In this document: positions 51,965-59,907 of the stretch, one piece after another
How the letters are laid out: each line of letters starts with the position of its first letter
How positions within the stretch are numbered: position 1 is the first letter of the stretch
Source: an uncultured Solirubrobacterales bacterium
GTDB lineage: Bacteria > Actinomycetota > Thermoleophilia > Solirubrobacterales > 70-9
Length of the DNA: 64,000 bases
Direction of reading: 5' to 3'
NCBI GenBank assembly: GCA_963716245.1
Contig: OY970300.1
Coordinates: 913,152 to 977,151 of the forward strand
Notes under the pieces: generated by a model
Told to the model about the DNA's origin: nothing
Database searches by the model: none
The model's input: only the letters and a program-made list of their open reading frames with translations
Translations under genes and position numbers: made by a program

Positions 51965-53594
51965 GACCGCCGCCGAGCCGATCGCCGAGCTTCGCTCGGC
52001 CCTCAGCCGCGCCGCGCGTGCGCTGCGGGAGGCGGAGCCGACCGGCCCGGAGCCGACCCTGGAGCGGCCGCCGAAGCGGGAGCTGGGCGACTACAGCTCG
52101 AACGCGGCGATGCTCCTCGCCGCCCCGTTGGGCGAAAGCCCGCGCGAGGTCGCCGCGCGCCTCTGCGCCGAGCTGGAGGGCGAGCTCGGTGCCGACGGAA
52201 GCCTCGAGCGGGTCGACGTGGCGGGCCCCGGGTTCGTCAACCTCTTCCTCTCCGACGCCTGGTTTCACCGGGCGATGGCCGCGCTCGGCGCGCGCGAGGG
52301 GCTCGGCCCGATCGCGACCGGCTCGCCGGAGCGGATCCTGGTCGAGTTCGTCTCGGCCAACCCGACCGGGCCGCTGCACGTCGGCGGCGGCCGGCACGCC
52401 GCCTACGGCGACGCCTTGGTGCGCCTGCTGGCGGCGGCCGGGCACCGGGTCGAGCGCGAGTTCTACGTCAACGACGCCGGCGGGCAGGTGCAGCGCTTCG
52501 CCGCCTCGATCGCCGCCAAGATGACCGGCGCCGAGCCGCCCGAGGACGGCTACGAGGGCGACTACGTCGGCGAGCTGGCGGAGCGCATCCGGTCCGAGGG
52601 CATCGACCCGGCCGATTCGGAGGCGATCGGCCGCCGCGGCGTCGAGCTGATCCTGGAGAGCGTCAGAGCGAGCCTCGACCGCTTCGGCGTCCGCTTCGAC
52701 ACCTGGTTCTCCGAGCGAGACCTCTACGCGCGCGGCGAGGTGGACGAGGCGCTGGCGCTGCTCGAGCAGCGCGACCACACCTACCGCAGCGAGGGCGCGC
52801 TGTGGCTGCGCAGCAGCGACTTCGGCGACGACAAGGACCGGGTGCTGATCCGCGCCGACGGCGAACCGACCTACCTGGCGGCCGACGTCGCCTACCACCG
52901 CGACAAGCTCGAGCGGGGGTTCGAGCGGATGATCGACGTGCTCGGCGCAGACCACCACGGGTACGCGCCACGCGTGCGCGCCGCGATCGCGGCGCTCGGC
53001 GCCGATCCCGACGCGCTGGAGGCGCTGATCATGCGCCTCGTCCACATCGTCGAAGGCGGCGAGCGGGCGCAGATGTCGAAGCGCAGCGGCGAGTTCGTCA
53101 CGCTCGACGAGCTGGTCGACGACATCGGCGTCGACGCGGCACGCTGGTTCATGCTCTGGCGCAGCCACGACACGCCGGTCGACCTGGATCTCGAGCTGGC
53201 GCGGCGGGAGTCGAGCGACAACCCCGTCTACTACGTGCAGTACGCGCACGCGCGGATCGCCAGCATCCTTCGCAAGGCCGGGGGGGAGGCGGGCGAGCCC
53301 GGCGCGCCGACGCCCGGCACCGCGCTGCAGCCCGCCGAGCGCGACCTGGTCAAGCGCCTGCTCGAGTTTCCCGACGAGGTCCGCGAGGCGGCGGCGCGGC
53401 GCGCCCCCCATCGCATCTGCGCCTACTCGACGGCGGTCGCCGCCGACTTCCACGGGTTCTACCGCGACTGCCAGGTGGTCGGCGCCGAGGGGGAGGGCGT
53501 CGAGCGCTCGCGCCTCGGCCTCTGCCTGCTGGCGAAGCGGACGATCGCCGACAGCCTCGGGCTGCTCGGCATCTCCGCGCCAGAGCGGATGTGA
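51963..53594 (+). CDS. argS: Arginine--tRNA ligase
   Basis: Class I motifs (SANPTGPLHVGGGRH; MSKRSG) and a DALR anticodon-binding C-terminus. Confidence 0.95.
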   Translation: MTAAEPIAELRSALSRAARALREAEPTGPEPTLERPPKRELGDYSSNAAMLLAAPLGESPREVAARLCAELEGELGADGSLERVDVAGPGFVNLFLSDAWFHRAMAALGAREGLGPIATGSPERILVEFVSANPTGPLHVGGGRHAAYGDALVRLLAAAGHRVEREFYVNDAGGQVQRFAASIAAKMTGAEPPEDGYEGDYVGELAERIRSEGIDPADSEAIGRRGVELILESVRASLDRFGVRFDTWFSERDLYARGEVDEALALLEQRDHTYRSEGALWLRSSDFGDDKDRVLIRADGEPTYLAADVAYHRDKLERGFERMIDVLGADHHGYAPRVRAAIAALGADPDALEALIMRLVHIVEGGERAQMSKRSGEFVTLDELVDDIGVDAARWFMLWRSHDTPVDLDLELARRESSDNPVYYVQYAHARIASILRKAGGEAGEPGAPTPGTALQPAERDLVKRLLEFPDEVREAAARRAPHRICAYSTAVAADFHGFYRDCQVVGAEGEGVERSRLGLCLLAKRTIADSLGLLGISAPERM

Positions 53595-54229
53595 GGGTCC
53601 TCGGCGAGATCCCGGCGCCGGGTCCGACCCCGCTGCGACCGGGCACGCTGCGGCGCTGCGACCAGACGGCGCTCGGCGGGGTCCTTGCGGCGCTGGACGG
53701 GGCGAAGGCGGTGCTGGTTACCGGCGACAGGCGCCGCAAGCGGGCGCTGGCGGTCGGCCTGGCCGCCGCCGCGGCGGCTTCCGGCACGCGCACGGCGCTG
53801 CTCGAGGGCGACCTCGGCGACCCGACCCTCGCCGAGGCGCTCGGCCTCGCGATCGCTCCCGGCCTGCGCGAGTACATGCGCGGCGAAGCCGAGGCGGGCA
53901 GCATCCTCAAGCCGCTCGCCCTGGCCGGACCTGGATCGGCGGCGGCGAGGGGCCCGCTGGTCTGCGTGGTCGCCGGCCGCCCGTCGGGCGACGGCGCGGC
54001 GCCGCACGCCTCGGATGGCTTCCGTCAGGCGATCGCGGGGCTGCGCGACGCGAACGAGCTGGTCCTGGTCGAGGGCCCTCCTCTGCCCGGCGCGGACGGC
54101 CCGCTGGCCGCAATGGCCGCGACGGTCGACGCGACGCTCGTCTGCGTCGGCGGTGCGGACGAGGTTCCCGCCCTTCCGGTGCCGGTCGCGGGCCTCGTCG
54201 TCCAGCCCGACCCGCCTCAGAGGTCGTAG
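53591..54229 (+). CDS. MinD/ParA/BY-kinase-like P-loop fold protein with degenerate Walker A
   Basis: The GTG overlaps the argS stop (ATGTGA). AVLVTGDRRRKRALAVGLAAAAAASGTRTALLEGDLGDPTLAEALGL aligns to the ...GEGKTT...LLVDADLR.P pattern but lacks GK[ST]. Confidence 0.5.
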   Translation: MRVLGEIPAPGPTPLRPGTLRRCDQTALGGVLAALDGAKAVLVTGDRRRKRALAVGLAAAAAASGTRTALLEGDLGDPTLAEALGLAIAPGLREYMRGEAEAGSILKPLALAGPGSAAARGPLVCVVAGRPSGDGAAPHASDGFRQAIAGLRDANELVLVEGPPLPGADGPLAAMAATVDATLVCVGGADEVPALPVPVAGLVVQPDPPQRS

Positions 54230-54735
54230 CGCGCGAGGTCCGCGTCGAGCCGCTCGGCATCGTCGCCGCGCGGCGCGGGAGGGGCGGCGTCCTCGTCCGA
54301 CCCCCCGTTCCCGCCTCGCCCGCCGGCGCGGCGCCAGCGGCCGACCCCGATCGCGAGCGCCAGCAGCGCAGCCGCGAAGGCGACCACCGGGACCAGGTAG
54401 GCCGAGAGGTCGAAGCCCGAGGCGCCGGGAACGGCGAGCACCCCGCGGCCGTACTCGGCGACGAGCGCGTCCTTGATCTGCTCCTTGCTCCTCCCCGCGG
54501 CGATCTGGCGGGCGACGAAGGCGCGCTGGCGCTCGGCCTGGGGCGATTCGGACAGCTCCAGCAGCGTCCCGCAGATCGGGCACATCACCTCGTCTTCGAC
54601 GTCGGCGAGGCTGGTCTGCGCCGCTCCGCCCGTACCTGGGGCCAGCGCCGTCAGGACGAGCGCGATGGCGGCGACCAGGCCGGTGCGGGGCGCCTTTCTC
54701 ACGCATAGCGACGAAAACGCGCCCCGGGCGGTCAT
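54217..54735 (-). CDS. ccmH: Cytochrome c-type biogenesis protein CcmH/NrfF-like
   Basis: Signal/TM, CxxC motif (EVMCPICGTL), helical domain, C-terminal TM and tail. ATGA overlap with the upstream TlpA-like gene. Confidence 0.8.
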   Translation of the reverse strand: MTARGAFSSLCVRKAPRTGLVAAIALVLTALAPGTGGAAQTSLADVEDEVMCPICGTLLELSESPQAERQRAFVARQIAAGRSKEQIKDALVAEYGRGVLAVPGASGFDLSAYLVPVVAFAAALLALAIGVGRWRRAGGRGGNGGSDEDAAPPAPRGDDAERLDADLARYDL

Positions 54736-55253
54736 CTGCGCCCCTCGACGATCGGGACGACCCGTTCGGCCAGGAAGCGCTCGTCGACCGGGCCGCGCCA
54801 GATCAGCGCCAGGCGGCCGCGCGGGTCGACGAGGAAGTTCTCCGGCACCCCGGTCGAGCCGAAGGCGGCGCTGCGCTCGTCGCCGACCGAGCGCAGCTGC
54901 GGGTAGGTCAGCCCGTATTCGCGGACGAAGGCGAGCGCGTCCTCGCTGTTGTCCTGCACGTCGATGCCGAGGACGGTCAGGTCCCGCTCGCGGAAGCGCC
55001 GCCAGAAGCGCTCCAGGTCGGGGGCCTCCTCGCGGCAGGGGAGACACCAGGAGGCCCAGAGGTTGACCAGGACCCAGCGGCCGCGATAGTCGGAGATCGA
55101 GCCCTCGCCCTCCCCCGCCAGCACCGGCAGGGACTGGTCGGGGACGGGATCGCCGAGCGAGATCGTCGCCTCGCCCTTGCTGAGCAGGCCGAAGCTGAGC
55201 AGGCCGATCACGGCGAGCACGGCGAGGGTGGCGACGAACGCGCGGGTGCCCAC
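54732..55253 (-). CDS. Thiol:disulfide oxidoreductase, TlpA/ResA/CcmG (DsbE) family
   Basis: N-terminal TM anchor and thioredoxin fold WVLVNLWASWCLPCREEAP. Confidence 0.85.
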   Translation of the reverse strand: MGTRAFVATLAVLAVIGLLSFGLLSKGEATISLGDPVPDQSLPVLAGEGEGSISDYRGRWVLVNLWASWCLPCREEAPDLERFWRRFRERDLTVLGIDVQDNSEDALAFVREYGLTYPQLRSVGDERSAAFGSTGVPENFLVDPRGRLALIWRGPVDERFLAERVVPIVEGRR

Positions 55254-55310
55254 GGGCTGCGAAGGTTAGCCCGCGCCCGCTCGCCGCCCGCGTCGTAGAA
55301 TCGTCGCTGC

Positions 55311-55383
55311 GCGGACGTAGCTCAGCTGGTAGAGCGCGAGCTTCCCAAGCTCGAGGTCGCGGGTTCGAGACCCGTCGTCCGCT
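55311..55383 (+). tRNA. tRNA-Gly (anticodon CCC)
   Basis: 73-nt cloverleaf folded by hand: GCGGACG/TA/GCTC-AGCTGGTA-GAGC/G/CGAGC-TTCCCAA-GCTCG/AGGTC/GCGGG-TTCGAGA-CCCGT/CGTCCGC/T. CCA is not encoded. Confidence 0.9.
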
Positions 55384-55711
55384 TCGCACCCCTTCTGCTC
55401 GCGCCGCGCCGCTTCGAGCCGTTGCGCCGAGAGTGGCTCCGGGCGGGGCTCGAGTGGTCCACGACGCGGTAGAAGTGCTCGATCGCGCCGCGCACCTGTC
55501 GTTCCGCGACGATCCCGATCAGGCCGGCCTTGGCCAGCTCGGTCACGTGGTAGTTGACCGTGCTGAGCGGAGCCTGCAGCTCCAGGCTGAGGTCTTTCGG
55601 GGAAAGGGTCCGTCCCCCGTCGAGGCCGAGGACTTCCAGGATTGAAACCCGCAGAGGATGGGTATTGGCTCGTGCCAGAAGCTGCCAGTTCACGGCGGTC
55701 CTCACTTTCAT
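55322..55711 (-). CDS. ArsR/SmtB-like winged-helix transcriptional regulator; its ORF ends inside the tRNA-Gly gene
   Basis: HPLRVSILEVL......LSPKDLSLELQAPLSTVNYHVTELAKAGLI...RGAIEHFYRV, then a basic tail. The last ~20 codons are antisense to tRNA-Gly. Confidence 0.7.
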   Translation of the reverse strand: MKVRTAVNWQLLARANTHPLRVSILEVLGLDGGRTLSPKDLSLELQAPLSTVNYHVTELAKAGLIGIVAERQVRGAIEHFYRVVDHSSPARSHSRRNGSKRRGASRRGAKRTTGLEPATSSLGSSRSTS

Positions 55712-55739
55712 TGACTAGGGGATACTGAAAAAAGATTAT
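55711..55739 (+). promoter_or_regulatory. Sigma-70-like promoter for the large secreted protein gene (TTGACT-17 nt-GATTAT)
   Basis: TTGACT 55711-55716, 17-nt spacer, GATTAT 55734-55739, in the only AT-rich intergenic stretch of this region. It abuts the regulator ATG (55709-55711). Confidence 0.5.
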
Positions 55740-55776
55740 CCGAAATCATCAAAATCGGGTAATCACATCGGTAATC
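55734..55776. promoter_or_regulatory. Candidate operator: inverted repeat GATTATCC-N15-GGGTAATC plus an extra GGTAATC
   Basis: GATTATCC 55734-55741 and GGGTAATC 55757-55764 (reverse complement GATTACCC, 7/8 match), plus a direct repeat GGTAATC at 55770-55776. It overlaps the -10 hexamer. Confidence 0.4.
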
Positions 55777-55807
55777 CGTCGAGATGCCGTCGAGAAGGGA
55801 GTTTTGG

Positions 55808-58801
55808 GTGAAGGCTGGAGCAGGAGTGCGGGGAACGATCGTCACGGCTGTTCTCGTGTTGACCGCCGCGTTTGCGGCGAGCGCGAGCGCCGCCACCATC
55901 GTCGGTCCCCAGGACCCGAACGACCCGCAGGTCGACAGTCCGTGGCAGGCGGGGACCTGCACGAAAGACGTCCCCACCTGCAGCGTCGCGACCCCGGACC
56001 AGTTCTTCGAACTCGCGGCCGGCCATCCTCCGGTCGGCTTCACCCAGTTCATCGTCAACCACATCCCGAACCCGAACCCGTTGCTGCCGGACATCCCCGA
56101 AGGCAACATCCGCACGCTGCGCGTGGACATCCCGACCGGGTTCACCGTCAACCCGCAGGCGACGACGGTGCGCTGCCAGCTCGCGCCGGAAGAGAGCCCG
56201 GCCGGTTGTCCCCCTGCCTCGAAAGTGGGGACCAGCATCGTCACCGCGACCAACCCGACCACCGGCTTTTCCCAGACCCTGCCCACCGCCGACGTCTTCA
56301 ACATCGAACCCGAACCGGGCGAACCGGCCCGCTTCGGATTCAGCGTGCTCGGCAACGACGTGTTCCTCGACACCGACATCGAATGGGAGGGCGACTACCA
56401 CGAGTACTTCACGATTCACGCGCACAAACTCGAACTTCCGATCCCCGGCTTCGAGGCGGCGCGGATCGCCAAAAACCGGCTCGTGTTCAACGGACGCGCG
56501 GGCGATGGGACCTTCCTGACCACGCCCCCGACCTGTCTCGGGCCGGCGGTCCCAGGGTCGCCGTTCGAGCACGTCTACTCCACCTGGCTCCGAACCGACT
56601 CCTTCGAGAAACCCGACCCCAATTTCCCGAACGGATCGGAATACGTCGAGTCGAAGATTCCGCGCAAACCGCCCGCATTCGAAACGTCGCCGAAAAATTG
56701 CGACGACATCCCCTTCGATCCGTCGATCACGGTGGTCCCCGGCACCGACCAGACCGATTCGCCGGCGGGCGCGACGGTGGTCGTCAACCTGCCTGAGATC
56801 AAAGGAGGGGAGAACCAGGCGACCTCCCACGTTCGCTCGGCCCGCGTGACGATGCCGGCCGGGATGGGTCTCAACCCGTCCGCCGCGAACGGCTTGGTCG
56901 CCTGCACGGACGAGCAGTTCGGCAAGGGGACCAGGAACCCGGTCGCCTGCCCGCCCGCGTCGCAGATCGGGACCGTCGCGGTCGACACCCCGCCGCTGCC
57001 CCCCGGGGCGCTGACCGGATCGGTCTACGTCGGGCAGCCGCTCAGCCGCGACCCGGCTTCAGGCGACCTCTACCGGATCTTCGTCACGGCGGAGTCGAGT
57101 CGGTACGACATCTCGGCCCGGCTGCTCGGCAAAGTCAGCGCCGACCCGCAGACCGGGCAGCTGACGACGACCTTCGACGACGGGCCCTTGGGTAACGGCC
57201 CGGGCAGGGTCCCACTGCCGGGACTGCCCCAGGTGCCCTTCGAGGCGTTCCGGCTGAGCTTCAACGGCGGCCCAAAGGCACCGTTGACCAGCCCGCCCAC
57301 CTGCGGGCCGAACACGACCGCCTCGTCCCTGACGCCCTGGTCTTCGGCACAGGGAATCTCACCGGTCGGGGCACCCGACGGAAGCGGTCCTTCGCCGGAT
57401 CCGCCCGCCACGCCCACGGCCGCCTTCGGCCTCGCCTCCCTGCCGGGCGGCGGCGACTGTCCTAAAACCCTGGCCGAGCGACCCTTCTCGCCGAGCTTCG
57501 CGACCGGGACGACCAACAAGAAAGCCGGTGCCTTCACGACGCTCTCGGTCGAGATGGGACGCGCCGACGGCCAGCAGGAGCTGAAGGCCGTCGACGTGAC
57601 CCTGCCGCCCGGGCACACCGCAAAACTGGCGGGGCTCAAATACTGCCCCGAGTCCGCGATCGCCGCGGCGGCTGGCAGGAGCGGTGAGGAGGAGGCAGCC
57701 TCGTCTAGCTGTCCCGAGTCGAGCTTCGTCGGCAGCGCCGTCGTCAAGGCCGGCAGCGGCCCGGAGCCGCTCGAGATCGCCGGCAAGGCCTTCCTCGCCG
57801 GTCCCTACAGAGGGGCTCCCCTCTCCCTGGCATTCATCACCCCCGCGACGGCCGGCCCCTTCGACCTCGGCACCGTCGTCGAGAGAGTGGCGCTGTTCGT
57901 CGACCCGCGAACCGCCCAGATCCACGCCGTGTCGGACCCGATTCCGCATGTCTTCGGGGGCGCCCTGCTCAACATTCGCTCGGTCGTAGCCAAGACGGAC
58001 CGGCCGCGGTTCTCGATCAATCCGACCAACTGCTCGCCGAAGAGCACTGCGGGCAGCCTCAAGGGCGGCGGCGCCAACCCGCTCGACGTCGCCGCGTTCA
58101 GCTCCTTCGCGGTCTCCTCGCCGTTCGACGTCAACGACTGCGACAAACTCGGCTTCAAACCGAAACTGTTCCTGCGCATCTTCGGCGCGATGAAACGGGC
58201 GAAGAACCCGAAACTGCGCGCCGTCTTCATCACCCGCAAAGAGGACGCGAACCCGGCGCGAGTGGCGGTGACGCTGCCGCGCTCGCTCTTCCTCGACCAG
58301 AGCAGCATCTCGAAAGTCTGCACCCGGCCCCAGTACGAGGCGCGCAACTGTCCGAAAAAATCGGTCTACGGCTACGCCCGCGCCTTCACGCCGCTGCTCG
58401 ACAAGCCGCTCGAAGGCCCCGTGTTCCTGCGTTCGTCGGACAACGACCTACCCGACCTGGTTGCCTCGCTGCGCGGCCAGGTCGACATCGACCTGGCCGG
58501 GCGGATCGACGCCGTCAAAGGCCGGATCCGCAACACCTTCGACGTCGTGCCCGACGTGCCCGTCTCGAAGTTCGTCCTCGTCACGCGGGGCGGCAAAAAA
58601 GGCCTGCTGACCAACTCACGCAACCAGTGCCCGAAGAAAAAACGCACCAAAGGCGGCAAACGCGTCAAACCGGTGCGGGCGATCGCCAGGATCAAAGGCC
58701 AGAACGGCAAGAAAGCCAACCAGCGCCCGAAGCTGCGCACGGCCTGCGGCAAAAAAGGCAAAGGCAAAGGCAAAAAAGCGGGACGCGGCGGGCGGCGCTG
58801 A
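55808..58801 (+). CDS. Large secreted protein of four tandem Cys-bracketed modules with a polybasic C-terminal tail; no family recognised
   Basis: GTG 55808 is preceded by AAGGGAG (the ORF-track ATG at 55784 has no RBS). Sec signal ...AAFAASASA/A. Four internal repeats and a K/R-rich tail are described in the findings. Confidence 0.8.
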   Translation: MKAGAGVRGTIVTAVLVLTAAFAASASAATIVGPQDPNDPQVDSPWQAGTCTKDVPTCSVATPDQFFELAAGHPPVGFTQFIVNHIPNPNPLLPDIPEGNIRTLRVDIPTGFTVNPQATTVRCQLAPEESPAGCPPASKVGTSIVTATNPTTGFSQTLPTADVFNIEPEPGEPARFGFSVLGNDVFLDTDIEWEGDYHEYFTIHAHKLELPIPGFEAARIAKNRLVFNGRAGDGTFLTTPPTCLGPAVPGSPFEHVYSTWLRTDSFEKPDPNFPNGSEYVESKIPRKPPAFETSPKNCDDIPFDPSITVVPGTDQTDSPAGATVVVNLPEIKGGENQATSHVRSARVTMPAGMGLNPSAANGLVACTDEQFGKGTRNPVACPPASQIGTVAVDTPPLPPGALTGSVYVGQPLSRDPASGDLYRIFVTAESSRYDISARLLGKVSADPQTGQLTTTFDDGPLGNGPGRVPLPGLPQVPFEAFRLSFNGGPKAPLTSPPTCGPNTTASSLTPWSSAQGISPVGAPDGSGPSPDPPATPTAAFGLASLPGGGDCPKTLAERPFSPSFATGTTNKKAGAFTTLSVEMGRADGQQELKAVDVTLPPGHTAKLAGLKYCPESAIAAAAGRSGEEEAASSSCPESSFVGSAVVKAGSGPEPLEIAGKAFLAGPYRGAPLSLAFITPATAGPFDLGTVVERVALFVDPRTAQIHAVSDPIPHVFGGALLNIRSVVAKTDRPRFSINPTNCSPKSTAGSLKGGGANPLDVAAFSSFAVSSPFDVNDCDKLGFKPKLFLRIFGAMKRAKNPKLRAVFITRKEDANPARVAVTLPRSLFLDQSSISKVCTRPQYEARNCPKKSVYGYARAFTPLLDKPLEGPVFLRSSDNDLPDLVASLRGQVDIDLAGRIDAVKGRIRNTFDVVPDVPVSKFVLVTRGGKKGLLTNSRNQCPKKKRTKGGKRVKPVRAIARIKGQNGKKANQRPKLRTACGKKGKGKGKKAGRGGRR

Positions 58802-58835
58802 GAGGCCGTCGATCACCGTCTAGCCTCCCGCGTCG

Positions 58836-59870
58836 GTGCGCCCGACGCTTTCGGTCCTGATCGTCGCCTGGAACAGCCGCGAGGAGCTGGGCCGGACGCT
58901 GCCCGCGCTGCTGCGTGAGCTCGGTGAGGGAGACGAGCTGATCGTCGTCGACAACGGCTCCGAGGACGGGACGCCCGAGTCCGTCGAAGCACTGGCCCCC
59001 GCGGCGAAGGTCCTGCGCAGCGGCCGCAACCTCGGCTTCGCGGCGGGCTGCAACGCGGGCGCCGAGCGTGCGACGGGCGACCTGCTCGCGATCCTCAACC
59101 CCGACGCGGCGCCGAGGCTGGGTTGGGGGGAGGCGATCCGCCGGCCGCTGGTCGACGGGCGCGGCTGGGCCGCCTGGCAGGCGCTGGTCGCCGACGAGGG
59201 CGGCACGCGGATCAACTCCGCCGGCAACCCGATCCACTTCACTGGGATCGTCTGGGCCGGCGGGCACGGAGAGCCGATCGAGGCGGCGCCCGCGGCGGGC
59301 GAGGTGCCGGTCCTCTCGGGCGCCTGCCTGGCGATCCCGCTGGCGACCTGGAGGGCGGTCGGAGGCTTCCCGGAGCGCTTCTTCCTCTACCACGAGGACG
59401 TCGACCTCTCGCTGCGGCTCCGCCTCGGCGGCGGCAAGCTGGGGATCGAACCGGCAGCGGTCGTCGACCACGACTACGAGTTCGGCGCCCGCGAGCACAA
59501 GTGGCGCTGGCTCGAGCGCAACCGCTGGGCCTTTCTGATCCGCGTCTACCCGACGCCAGTGCTCGCCCTCGTCGCACCGGCCCTGCTGGCGACCGAGCTG
59601 GCGCTGGTCCCGGCCTCGATCGCGGCCGGATGGGGCCGCCAGAAGCTCGCGGCGAGCGGCGAAGCCATCCGCTGGCTGCCGAGCCTCCTGCGCGAGCGGC
59701 GGCGAGTCCAGGCGGGCCGCAAGGTCAGCGCAGCCGAGTTCGCCTCCTGGCTGACCCCCGACCTCGACTCGCCCTTCATTCCCGCCGCGGCGCGTTCGGG
59801 GGCGGTGCGGGCCGCGCTACGGGGCTATTGGTGGGCCGTGGGGCTTCTGCTTCGTCGCAGCCGACTTTGA
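58836..59870 (+). CDS. Family 2 glycosyltransferase
   Basis: LSVLIVAWNSREEL...LIVVDNGSEDGT...NLGFAAGCN...NPD; DxD-like HEDVD. Confidence 0.85.
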   Translation: MRPTLSVLIVAWNSREELGRTLPALLRELGEGDELIVVDNGSEDGTPESVEALAPAAKVLRSGRNLGFAAGCNAGAERATGDLLAILNPDAAPRLGWGEAIRRPLVDGRGWAAWQALVADEGGTRINSAGNPIHFTGIVWAGGHGEPIEAAPAAGEVPVLSGACLAIPLATWRAVGGFPERFFLYHEDVDLSLRLRLGGGKLGIEPAAVVDHDYEFGAREHKWRWLERNRWAFLIRVYPTPVLALVAPALLATELALVPASIAAGWGRQKLAASGEAIRWLPSLLRERRRVQAGRKVSAAEFASWLTPDLDSPFIPAAARSGAVRAALRGYWWAVGLLLRRSRL

Positions 59871-59907
59871 CCACGCTTCAGCGTGGTGAATCTCCGATAC
59901 GGGGCGA

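Noticed and set aside
51200-54229. 1009-aa ORF on the plus strand
   Set aside because: It is a composite. The first part is antisense to the metallophosphoesterase. The middle part is an out-of-frame shadow of argS. Only the last 212 codons (53591-54229) have protein-like sequence and a coupled start.
54217-55389. 390-aa ORF on the minus strand
   Set aside because: The upstream two-thirds is an alternative frame over the TlpA-like gene and the antisense of tRNA-Gly. Only the C-terminal 172 codons (ccmH-like, from ATG 54735) are credible.
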